Source: Candidatus Iainarchaeum sp.
GTDB lineage: Archaea; Iainarchaeota; Iainarchaeia; Iainarchaeales; VGJJ01
DNA length: 32,000 nt
Assembly: GCA_030688545.1 (NCBI GenBank)
Contig: JAUYHT010000002.1
Location: forward strand, 60,001-92,000
Direction: 5' to 3'
Shown one piece after another: positions 16,043 to 25,164 of the stretch. Positions within the stretch are counted from its first letter, which is position 1. Each line of letters starts with the position of its first letter. A program made the translations under genes and the position numbers. The notes below the pieces were generated by a model. The model made no database searches. It was not told where the DNA came from and was given only the letters and a program-made list of their open reading frames with translations.

Positions 16043-16597
16043 TCATATTCCCTCTTTTTCTTTTTTAACACTGTTGTTTGCATGGATAATTCCTTTAAGA
16101 ACTGGATATAATTCTAGCGGTGAATCAAAATTTTTCAAACCCACGGTCCCGCTTAACCCAAAAATAATGGCAACCAATTTGTAAGCGGCGGATTGGGTAT
16201 CTTGACCAAAGGCCAATTTGATGGCAATCAGTGTGTCCTTTCCACTTTCAATGGCCTCATCCAAAATTTTTATTTTTCGTATTTCAGCTTCTTCATTATA
16301 ATCAAATCGAAAGCCATTCTTGTATAAAAATACTGCCACCGCAATGAAGGCAGTCCGCTTATTTCCATCATTGAAACAATGGCCTTTGGTAAAATGAAAA
16401 AGATAATAAGTAGCTACCCAAAATATTTTTTCGGTTCGACTCTTCGGAAATATCCCTGCAAGTTCAGGAAAATCTTCAACGGTGTTAAAAATGAATTCAA
16501 AATTCCCTTTCGAGTTGAATCCCTCTGCTTTCAATTTGATGTCGGAACGAAATCTTCCCACAACTTCACGGGACAAATATATACAATCAAAAGACAC
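16043..16597 (-). CDS. doc: Doc-type Fic-domain toxin (death-on-curing family kinase)
   Basis: 184 aa with a GTG start. The motif HCFNDGNKRTA (aa 73-83) matches the Doc variant HxFx(D/N)(A/G)NKR rather than the AMPylating HxFxxGNGR. The gene is very AT-rich. Confidence 0.8.
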   Translation of the reverse strand: MSFDCIYLSREVVGRFRSDIKLKAEGFNSKGNFEFIFNTVEDFPELAGIFPKSRTEKIFWVATYYLFHFTKGHCFNDGNKRTAFIAVAVFLYKNGFRFDYNEEAEIRKIKILDEAIESGKDTLIAIKLAFGQDTQSAAYKLVAIIFGLSGTVGLKNFDSPLELYPVLKGIIHANNSVKKEKEGI

Positions 16598-16676
16598 GAC
16601 AGCAATGCAAACATTCGAGTTAAAAATCTAGGGAAAGAAAACCGCCGAAGGAATTCTGGCATTAAATAAAAATTTT

Positions 16677-16689
16677 AGGTTGGAAGCAT
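16677..16689 (+). repeat. Copy B of 13-nt motif AGGTTGGAAGCAT (in the 16S 3' trailer)
   Basis: Exact repeat of 15465-15477, 1212 bp away. It is the reverse complement of 18591-18603 over 13 nt when T16676 is included. It is followed by a tandem TGAATAGGC(T)TGAATAGGC at 16711-16729. Confidence 0.9.
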
Positions 16690-16847
16690 ATACGGGTATT
16701 CTTTGCCTTGTGAATAGGCTTGAATAGGCACACGTCATGTTAACTTAGGTTTTTTGTTCACGTCTTAATGGGTTGTGAAAAAGAGGAGAGGATTGCTCCT
16801 GCTCCTGCTTTCTCACACACCTGTGCCCGACATTTGCCGGGCATTTT

Positions 16848-18342
<1,495 letters not shown>

Positions 18343-18590
18343 GGCACCTTTTTGCAAAAAAGCTGCACCCAAAAGCGTTAGGGGCCCTTTCTTTGGGAAA
18401 GGGACCCAGACTCCATTGGTTACAACGGCAAAAAGATTTTCCCAGAGACAAGCTTTCGAAAAATTTGCCGCGAAAACCCGTTTCTGTATCCTCTAGCGTA
18501 CACCTAATCAACAAGACCTAAAACTCAAAAAAAATTGGTCGTTCCCTTTTTGGAAAAGAAATTTTAATTTGTTTTTTTCCAAAAAAGTTT

Positions 18591-18602
18591 TGCTTCCAAC
18601 CT
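18591..18602 (-). repeat. Copy C (inverted) of the motif, AGGTTGGAAGCA on the minus strand, in the 16S 5' leader
   Basis: The plus strand reads TGCTTCCAACCT at 18591-18602 (then A at 18603). It was anchored on track ORF 18569..18778 (LLPTYL). It lies about 250 nt upstream of the 16S 5' end. Confidence 0.9.
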
Positions 18603-18925
18603 ACCTCATCCCAAAGGCTTTCGCTGATTTTGGGACTCATGTTCCCTCCATGACCCAAAACGGGCCACGTGGAAAGGCATTTGAAGAACCCTTTTGGAAA
18701 AAAGGTTCGGAGGCGGAAAACGCGTGCGACCGACTCAGCGGCCGTGCGTTGAGGAATCCTACCCAAAAAACAGGCTAGGAACCCATAACACTCCTCCCAT
18801 GATAAGGCTTTTAAACGTAGTCCAAAGGTCGAAGCAATTTCACTACCCCCCAGAAGGTCATTGGTGTTCATGAAATACCCTGGAAAAAATCCATAGGGGT
18901 TACTCTTGCTTATCTATTCTCTTCT

Positions 18926-19663
18926 TCAGGATTCCCCGGTGGATTTGGGGGGATGGCGTTTGGACGCCCAATCCATGAAGCGTTTGTGGTATTGGTCTTG
19001 TTTCTGCAAGTGAAGTGTTTCCCAAAAAATATCCTTGGATTTCCCATCGATATACTTGAACGCGGCGGGGGTTTCTACCAAAACAAGGGCATAGCGGAAA
19101 GCCTCGATCCGCACCTTTCTCTCTCGGATCAGGGTGAGGATCTCCGGGGAAGGGGATTCCTTCCCCGTCCGTTGGACCCCTCGATCCTTGTCCACCTCCC
19201 CATCCAGCCAGTTCTTCAAGTCATCCCGTAGACTCTTGCGTGTGATCGGGGGGATGATTCGATAGGTGTTCACCCGCCCCCTCCGGGTGGGGTCGTTCAT
19301 CGTATTGATGAGAAATTTTTCCTGCAGGTGCAGGCGCATTTCCTGCATCACATCGAGGATCAATGACATCGTCACTTGGAATCGTATCTGGGGCGTAAGT
19401 TTCGCTAGATGAGGTTGGGAATTGATCTCCAATGCCTTCAATCTCGCCTCCCCGGCCTTGGTAATAGCGATTTTGGGTTTTTTCAAACGAACCCCTCTTG
19501 TTCTTTGTGGAGCGGGCTGGATCATCCATATTTCCCGGAGAGACTGGATAATTCGATTTGGTGGCTTGGAGGAAGGTGGTACATGGGGATGAAACAATCG
19601 ATGAAGTACCCTCGCCTCGGTGGGGGTGATGGCGTATATCACCCGCTTATTGGGCCGGCGCAT
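18926..19663 (-). CDS. Hypothetical basic protein
   Basis: 245-aa ORF with an ATG start and no recognised motifs. It is the only long non-shadow ORF in the interval. Confidence 0.5.
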   Translation of the reverse strand: MRRPNKRVIYAITPTEARVLHRLFHPHVPPSSKPPNRIIQSLREIWMIQPAPQRTRGVRLKKPKIAITKAGEARLKALEINSQPHLAKLTPQIRFQVTMSLILDVMQEMRLHLQEKFLINTMNDPTRRGRVNTYRIIPPITRKSLRDDLKNWLDGEVDKDRGVQRTGKESPSPEILTLIRERKVRIEAFRYALVLVETPAAFKYIDGKSKDIFWETLHLQKQDQYHKRFMDWASKRHPPKSTGES

Positions 19664-19717
19664 GCTCCCCAGAAACCATTGATCATTTTAAATCGTGGAG
19701 TCAACGCGAAAAGCCCA

Positions 19718-19849
19718 TCACTGCCGGGCGCGCTGGCGCAGATAGCGCTTCTTCCGCTTCTCGCGGCGCATCTTCTTCTTTTTCCATTTCCATCGCTGGC
19801 GCGCGCGGGTCTTCTTGAAACGGCTTGTGTCTTTGGCTCGGCTCCCCAA
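19718..19849 (-). CDS. rpl41e: Ribosomal protein eL41 (L41e), tiny Arg/Lys-rich ORF
   Basis: Not in the track. Translation: (TTG)GSRAKDTSRFKKTRARQRWKWKKKKMRREKRKKRYLRQRARQ*. The core RWKWKKKxMRRxKRKxR is the eL41 signature. There is no in-frame ATG before the core, so a TTG at 19849 (just after an in-frame TGA) is the proposed start. The exact start is uncertain. Confidence 0.55.
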   Translation of the reverse strand: MGSRAKDTSRFKKTRARQRWKWKKKKMRREKRKKRYLRQRARQ

Positions 19850-19904
19850 TCAAATCACCTAACGGATACCCAAGAACCCAGGAATCGGTTTAAAAAAGAA
19901 GGCC

Positions 19905-20120
19905 TCATGGGCTCAAATCGCTGGCACGGGCACGCGCATAACCGGATAATAACTCTTTATCTCTGGGATATAAAACGGAGTTATTGGAAATATCTTTGAA
20001 AAGGCCCTCAAGGGCATTTGGATGGAGGGCGCGCTCGATTCGGTTTGAATAGTAGGTAAACCAGACCTTGCGCGTGCTCTCTTCTCTACTTCGAGGTTTC
20101 AGACCCTTTGGAGGTTTCAT
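19905..20120 (-). CDS. Hypothetical ORF (71 aa from the ATG); the reading frame stays open upstream to 20384 with no start codon
   Basis: ATG at 20120. The same frame is stop-free for 88 further codons upstream (20121-20384) without ATG, GTG or TTG. It may be a 5'-degraded gene or may use a non-canonical start. Confidence 0.3.
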   Translation of the reverse strand: MKPPKGLKPRSREESTRKVWFTYYSNRIERALHPNALEGLFKDISNNSVLYPRDKELLSGYARARASDLSP

Positions 20121-20404
20121 TAATGGCCGCTGGGCCTTCTTTGATACCGATTGGGTGGGCCATTTGGCATCTGGATTTAGGGCCTGAAAACGAGCTCTTG
20201 CCTGCCGAAGTAATCTCGTTTTTGCATTTTTACCCAGGGTATGATTTGATTTAATTTGATGATAAATCGTGAGGAGAGCTTGGGGGGAAATGGCTCGCCC
20301 AATAAGGTTGAGTAATCGGCTCTTTACCTGGGCACTTTTATTCCTCGAGACCGGGGGTTTTTTGGATGAGAGGGAGGGGGCATTTTACGATTAAAGTTCC
20401 TTCA

Positions 20405-20412
20405 TTTTTAAA
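20405..20412 (+). promoter_or_regulatory. TATA box candidate (TTTTTAAA) upstream of tRNA-Glu
   Basis: AT-rich box about 31-38 nt upstream of tRNA position 1. Confidence 0.35.
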
Positions 20413-20442
20413 CATTCTGGGGTTGCATTAGAATCGGCAGAC

Positions 20443-20517
20443 GCCCCGTTCGTCTAGCCCGGTTAAGGATAGTGGCCTTTCAAGCCATTGACGCGGGTTC
20501 GAATCCCGCACGGGGCA
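20443..20517 (+). tRNA. tRNA-Glu (anticodon UUC), 75 nt, no intron, CCA not encoded
   Basis: The 7-bp acceptor stem GCCCCGT/ACGGGGC is perfect. The anticodon arm is GTGGC-CTTTCAA-GCCAT, giving UUC, and the T arm is GCGGG-TTCGAAT-CCCGC. The tRNA is followed by TTTTCGTT. Coordinates are good to about 1 nt. Confidence 0.9.
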
Positions 20518-20592
20518 TCCAGGTTTTCGTTAAAAAAAAAAGGTGCGCGCCACTTTGGGTTTTAACAACCCCATCCATGCGAAAAGCGCGCA

Positions 20593-20811
20593 TCACGCCT
20601 TGACCGGAATCTTGTACGCGTCATACATGCCATAAATCCAGACAATGGGATAGAGGATGAATCCAATGAGGAGTAGCATGAGGAAGGCAGACAGGATGCC
20701 GGCGATGAGGATGAGAATGCCTTTAGTGAACTGCCCCTTCGTGAAATGCCCCAATCCAGGCAGGATGAAGCTGGCGATTACCGCCACGATGTTTCGGGTC
20801 TGCTTGTCCAT
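20593..20811 (-). CDS. Small two-TM membrane protein
   Basis: The track ORF runs to 20955. A start at M49 (20811, MDKQTRNIVAVIASFILPGLGHF...) avoids overlap with the upstream gene. It has two hydrophobic helices and a PGLGH motif common in small membrane proteins. Confidence 0.5.
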   Translation of the reverse strand: MDKQTRNIVAVIASFILPGLGHFTKGQFTKGILILIAGILSAFLMLLLIGFILYPIVWIYGMYDAYKIPVKA

Positions 20812-20951
20812 GGAATCACTCCTCTCCGGTTTTGATTGAACTCGGGTATGGATGAGAGGTGAATCTCCGACTATAAAATAGAATGGGCCAGGTGGTTTTT
20901 TCAATCCTTTTTCCTTTTTGAGGGTTTTGGATTTTGCTAAAGTCGCAGCCG

Positions 20952-21362
20952 TCACTCCTTCTCTTTTCCCTTCAACTCTTCCTCTTTTCGCTGGAGCGCC
21001 TCTTCCTTTTCTTTTAATGCCCGCTCGCGGGACTCCAACTCCTGCTCTTCGGCTTGCTTCTTCTCTTTCTCGCGTTGTTTTTCCCTATCCTTCAATTCCT
21101 TCTCGTGACGCGCCTTCGCTTCCTTCATTTCTTCCAGGCGCTGGGCCACTTCCACCTGCATATCGTCCTCCGGGAGATCCATTTCTTCGTGGACCACCTT
21201 CGAGGTCATCTCCACGGGAACATTGCCATATTCCATTTCCATCCGCTTGTAGGCTATCTTGCCTTCTTCCGAGGTGGGGGCGTCCCTCTTATTTCCGTAT
21301 GAATACGCTGAGTCCGTTTTGTCCCGATCTCCCTTTTTTTTAGGTTTTTTCTCGGAGGCCAT
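20952..21362 (-). CDS. Lys/Glu-rich coiled-coil protein, hypothetical
   Basis: 136 aa. The C-terminal half is a continuous charged heptad-like sequence (EEMKEAKARHEKELKDREKQREKEKKQAEEQELESRERALKEKEEALQRKEEELKGKEKE). The plus-strand Pro-rich ORFs here are shadows. Confidence 0.5.
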   Translation of the reverse strand: MASEKKPKKKGDRDKTDSAYSYGNKRDAPTSEEGKIAYKRMEMEYGNVPVEMTSKVVHEEMDLPEDDMQVEVAQRLEEMKEAKARHEKELKDREKQREKEKKQAEEQELESRERALKEKEEALQRKEEELKGKEKE

Positions 21363-21432
21363 GACTAGGATAGGGGGCCCGATAGAATATAGCTATTCTT
21401 ATCCACCCTCGAAGAAGGCCCTCCGCGTCGGC

Positions 21433-21442
21433 TTATAAATAT
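21433..21442 (+). promoter_or_regulatory. TATA box candidate (TTATAAATAT) for the eL40 operon
   Basis: It lies 34-43 nt upstream of the ATG at 21476. A GGAG sits 8 nt before the ATG. Confidence 0.4.
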
Positions 21443-21475
21443 TCGCGTCCCTTTCCCTATATAGGAGCAATCACG

Positions 21476-21643
21476 ATGGCCAAATTCCCTGAAGCGATGA
21501 ATCGAATGTTTCTCAACATGTACATCTGCATGAAATGCAACGCCCGAAACCGGGGGAGCACCAATAAGAAGCCTACCCTCTGCCGCAAATGCGGGAGCAC
21601 CTCCCTGCGTCTCAAGAAAAAGGGAAAAGTAACGAAGGCCTAA
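21476..21643 (+). CDS. rpl40e: Ribosomal protein eL40 (L40e)
   Basis: Not in the track (55 aa). Translation: [55 protein letters not shown]. It has the MA+FPEA start and the CxxC...CxxC zinc ribbon typical of archaeal L40e. Confidence 0.8.
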   Translation: MAKFPEAMNRMFLNMYICMKCNARNRGSTNKKPTLCRKCGSTSLRLKKKGKVTKA

Positions 21644-21645
21644 TC

Positions 21646-22461
21646 ATGGATGTTTCCGCGTACGTGGAAATCATTCGCCCGATTAATGCGGTCATGGCCA
21701 TCATTGGAACCTTTTTGGGGCATGCCATTGCCACGCATTCATTTTCTTTACCCTTTCCCCTTTTCCTGGCCATGCTCGCCGTGTTGTGCATCATTTCCGC
21801 GGGACAAAGCATCAATGATTTTTTCGATTTGGATGTTGACACCAAAACGGGAAAGAAAAAGCCCCTCGTGCAAGGCAAAATAAAACGCGGGCATGTTTTC
21901 TGGTTCGCCATCGCGTTGTTTCTCATAGGAGTATTTATCGCCAGCATGATCAACTTTCTCGCCTTCGCCATCGCCGCGTTCTTCGCGGCCATGCTCTTTT
22001 TGTACTCGGCAGTCATGGGTAAAATAAAATTCTTCGGAAACATCATCGTGGCATTGGGAGTGGGATTTACTTTTCTCTTTGGAGCGAGTGTGGCGACGAT
22101 CACTCCGCTCGTACTCATGATGGCCCTCGTGGCTTTCTTATCCAATTGGGCCAGGGAGATAGTGAAGGATGTCGAGGATGCGGAAGCGGATAAGGGACTC
22201 AAACTCACCCTCCCCCATATCCTATCCCCAACCCAAACAAACATCATCATATTTGGCCTGCTCACTTTGGCTATCCTCGCGGCCTATCTCCCTATTCTAA
22301 CAGGTTTGGGAAACCTCTATTATGGGATTCTCGCTACGATTACAAATCTCATTTTTATTCTCGCGGCCCGACAATTGGTATACCGTGATCCCGCCAAGGC
22401 CTCCGCGTTACTCAAGCGCGGGATGCTCATCGGCTTGATTGCCCCTTTGACCCTCGTATAA
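21646..22461 (+). CDS. UbiA-family prenyltransferase, digeranylgeranylglyceryl phosphate (DGGGP) synthase-like
   Basis: The ATG at 21646 (MDVSAYVEIIRPINAVMA) lies 2 nt after the eL40 stop. The motif is NDFFDLDVDTKTGKKKPL. There are about 8 TM helices and the length (271 aa) is typical. Confidence 0.8.
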   Translation: MDVSAYVEIIRPINAVMAIIGTFLGHAIATHSFSLPFPLFLAMLAVLCIISAGQSINDFFDLDVDTKTGKKKPLVQGKIKRGHVFWFAIALFLIGVFIASMINFLAFAIAAFFAAMLFLYSAVMGKIKFFGNIIVALGVGFTFLFGASVATITPLVLMMALVAFLSNWAREIVKDVEDAEADKGLKLTLPHILSPTQTNIIIFGLLTLAILAAYLPILTGLGNLYYGILATITNLIFILAARQLVYRDPAKASALLKRGMLIGLIAPLTLV

Positions 22462-23396
22462 TGCGCCAGACCCTCTTCCAGGAAAGCGTGCACACGCTCT
22501 ATGACAACGGTTTTAGTCTGGAAACCTTTTTCGATTCCAATGGGAGCTTTGATATTATTGCCCGGAAGGAAGGACTTATTCTCCTCATCAAAGTATTGCA
22601 CAACATTGATGCCCTTAGACCCGAGCACGCCGAAGATCTGAAGAAATTGGCGCGCGCCTTCACCGCGCACCCGGTGATAATAGGGGAGAGAAGCAAGATA
22701 TTCCAATTACAGAAAGAAATTTTATATGAACGGTACGCATTACCCGTGTTGTCCATTGACGGTTTCAAATTGTTGCTCGACACCCACCTCCCCGTGGCGC
22801 GGGCATTCAAAGGCCAACACGTTGTGGAATTAGACGGAAATAGATTGCGAGCGGAAAGAGAGGCGCGCGCGTTCACATTGAAGACGCTTTCCGAGAAAGC
22901 CGCCATCAGTTTAGAAAGTCTGCACCGCTATGAAAAAGGTCACCCCGCCGACTTGGATACGGCCAAGCGATTGGAATCCATTCTTTCAACGAGTCTCATT
23001 CGGGGCATTAATGTGTTCGAGGAAACGGATTACACCTCCTCACCTCCTGAAGAGGAGACCCCTGAAAATGAGGCCCTGGCCCAGCTGAGGGAATTAGGTT
23101 TGAAGCTCAGCGTTTTCAAACGAGCCCCCCTCACCGCGGCGGGAATAGAAGAGCACCACCTCCTCATCTCCCATGCGGAAACCAAACCAGCGGCCAAGAA
23201 AAAAGCATTCTTATTAACGAAGACCCAGCGCATCGTGGATCACCCCGGATTCCTGTTGAGCCCGTTATCCCAGGATGAGGTGGAGGACGTGCCCGTGGTG
23301 AATGTGGATGAACTCTCCACCTTCTCAGGGGCGCGGGACATTTTGCACACCATCAACGAACGCCACCATGATCTCCGACGAAAGAAGAATGAATAA
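22461..23396 (+). CDS. Conserved archaeal HTH (XRE-type) transcriptional regulator, COG1395-like
   Basis: 311 aa. The N-terminus GFSLETFFDSNGSFDIIARKEGLILLIKVLHNIDAL and the central HTH LRAEREARAFTLKTLSEKAAISLESLHRYEKG match the family pattern. The start overlaps the previous stop (TAATG). Confidence 0.75.
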   Translation: MRQTLFQESVHTLYDNGFSLETFFDSNGSFDIIARKEGLILLIKVLHNIDALRPEHAEDLKKLARAFTAHPVIIGERSKIFQLQKEILYERYALPVLSIDGFKLLLDTHLPVARAFKGQHVVELDGNRLRAEREARAFTLKTLSEKAAISLESLHRYEKGHPADLDTAKRLESILSTSLIRGINVFEETDYTSSPPEEETPENEALAQLRELGLKLSVFKRAPLTAAGIEEHHLLISHAETKPAAKKKAFLLTKTQRIVDHPGFLLSPLSQDEVEDVPVVNVDELSTFSGARDILHTINERHHDLRRKKNE

Positions 23397-24033
23397 CCCC
23401 TACTCGGAGGCCCGCGCCACTCTTGTAAAAAAGCTCGAGGGAGAGGGAGTATTACTCACTCCCTCCATCCTCCAGGCCTTTCGTCAGGTGCCCCGGGAGC
23501 TTTTTATTTCCCCCCCACACCGCCGCCAGGCCTATGAGGACATGGCCCTCCCCCTGGCTCCTCGGCAGACCATCTCCCAACCGTATACGATTGCCGTGAT
23601 GCTTGAATTCCTCTCCCCCCAACCCGGGGAATCGATATTAGAGATAGGGAGCGGCTCCGGGTACGTGCTCGCCCTCCTGTCCCAGATTGTGGGTTTACAG
23701 GGAAAGGTATTTGGGGTGGAATTGAACCCTGAAACCGTGGAAGGGAGTGAGGGGGTTCTAAAAGCACTCAAAATAAATAATGTAGAAGTCAAGGCCGGGG
23801 ATGGCAAAGAGGGATGGCCTGAAAAGGCCCCTTTCGACCGTATCCTGGTGTCCGCGGCCTGCACGCACCTCTATCCCGCCTGGGAAACGCAATTGGTCCC
23901 TCGCGGAACCATCGTCGCCCCCATTGGGGGGGCGGCGGCCCAACACCTTGTGAAGGCGCGAAAGACGAATGGAACGATTCAAGAGGAAGTATGTCCTAAG
24001 GGTCTATTTGTCTTTGTCCCCCTGCGCTCCTGA
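23389..24033 (+). CDS. pcm: Protein-L-isoaspartate O-methyltransferase
   Basis: A start at M30 of the track ORF (ATGA-type overlap with the upstream stop). It has QTISQPYTIAVMLE and the SAM motif ILEIGSGSGYVLALL. Confidence 0.85.
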   Translation: MNNPYSEARATLVKKLEGEGVLLTPSILQAFRQVPRELFISPPHRRQAYEDMALPLAPRQTISQPYTIAVMLEFLSPQPGESILEIGSGSGYVLALLSQIVGLQGKVFGVELNPETVEGSEGVLKALKINNVEVKAGDGKEGWPEKAPFDRILVSAACTHLYPAWETQLVPRGTIVAPIGGAAAQHLVKARKTNGTIQEEVCPKGLFVFVPLRS

Positions 24034-24097
24034 CCCTCCTTTTGTCCCCTTTTTTCAACCGCCTAACCCTTAAAACGAGAAACCTCCTAAATGAGTC

Positions 24098-24385
24098 ATG
24101 CGCGCTGACATCACCCACAAGATTCCTCAGGGAAAGATGGTGCGCCTCACCTTGGAATACGATACCACCATCCTCCATTCGGCTCAAATATGTGGGGACT
24201 TCTTCGTGCACCCAGAAGAGACCATTGCGGCGATGGAGCAGGCCTTGGTGAAGATCCCCGTGGAAAGCACCCGCGAGCGCGTGCAACACATCCTTGATGG
24301 CGTTGTAGAACGGCATCACGCCCAACTGATCGGGGTTGACACCCCTACTTTATCCCAATTGATCTGCGAGGCGATCAATCAATGA
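24098..24385 (+). CDS. lplB: Lipoate-protein ligase accessory (C-terminal) domain encoded as a separate protein (LplB-like)
   Basis: 95 aa resembling the LplA C-terminal domain (GKMVRLTLEYDTTILHSAQICGDFFVHPEE). It overlaps the next gene by 4 nt (ATGA). Confidence 0.65.
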   Translation: MRADITHKIPQGKMVRLTLEYDTTILHSAQICGDFFVHPEETIAAMEQALVKIPVESTRERVQHILDGVVERHHAQLIGVDTPTLSQLICEAINQ

Positions 24386-25155
24386 CCCAAGATGACGGGT
24401 GGAAAAAATTGGAATGGCGATTCATTCCCATGGAAACCCACACGGCCGCGCAGAACATGGCCCTGGATGAGGCGTGCGCCCATGCGCTGGCGGAAGGAAA
24501 GGTAAATCCCACCATACGTTTTTACCGGTGGCAACCCAGCGCGGTGAGCATTGGGTATTTCCAATCGCTCCGACAGGAAGTGGATGTGGAGGCATGCACT
24601 GAGCAAGGCATAGACATGGTGAGGCGTCGCACGGGAGGGGGGGCGGTTTACCATGATTACGATGGGGAAATAACCTATTCCGTTATTGCCCCCGAAAAAG
24701 CCTTTTCACCTAACATCATTGATTCCTATCGCCAGGTGGGAGAATGGATCATCCATGGATTGGAACAATTGGGAGTGGAAGCCACTTTTGTACCCATCAA
24801 TGATTTGGTGGTGAAGGGGAAAAAAATTTCGGGCAACGCCCAGACGCGGCGCAATAGCATTTTTCAGATGCATGGCACCATCCTCGTGGACGTAGATGTG
24901 GACAAGATGTTTTCCCTGTTGAAGGTGCCCGATGAAAAGGTGCGGGACAAGATCATCTCCACCGTGAAGGAACGCGTGACTTCCCTCCGGGCGAGCGGAG
25001 TCAACTCTTACGACAGCGCGTACGAGGCATTGAAGGATAGTTTCCTCGCTGGAAAGAAATGGACGGAAGGGGAATGGTCGGACGAGGAGAAAGAGAAGAC
25101 CGCGATCCTCGCGGAAACCAAATATGGCCATCCCTCCTGGAATGAGATGCGGTAA
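24382..25155 (+). CDS. lplA: Lipoate-protein ligase A, catalytic domain only
   Basis: 257 aa with RRRTGGGAVYHD, the GKKISGNAQ catalytic lysine region and FYRWQPSAVSIGYFQ. Confidence 0.85.
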   Translation: MTQDDGWKKLEWRFIPMETHTAAQNMALDEACAHALAEGKVNPTIRFYRWQPSAVSIGYFQSLRQEVDVEACTEQGIDMVRRRTGGGAVYHDYDGEITYSVIAPEKAFSPNIIDSYRQVGEWIIHGLEQLGVEATFVPINDLVVKGKKISGNAQTRRNSIFQMHGTILVDVDVDKMFSLLKVPDEKVRDKIISTVKERVTSLRASGVNSYDSAYEALKDSFLAGKKWTEGEWSDEEKEKTAILAETKYGHPSWNEMR

Positions 25156-25164
25156 AACTTTCTT

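Noticed and set aside
18518-18871. 117-aa minus-strand ORF in the 16S leader region
   Set aside because: It is Phe/Lys-rich because of T and A tracts, overlaps the palindromic leader elements and has no motifs or plausible promoter spacing. It cannot be excluded without expression data.
20385-20592. Integrated element or split integrase at tRNA-Glu
   Set aside because: I found no duplicated copy of the tRNA 3' half and no integrase-like motifs in the adjacent frames. The open frame lies on the 5' side of the tRNA, not overlapping it as in SSV-type integrations.
21612-22265. 217-aa minus-strand ORF antisense to the DGGGP synthase
   Set aside because: It is a shadow ORF. The plus-strand frame has the UbiA Asp-rich motif and regular TM helices, while the antisense product is Met/Ala/Ser/Lys-rich and low in complexity.
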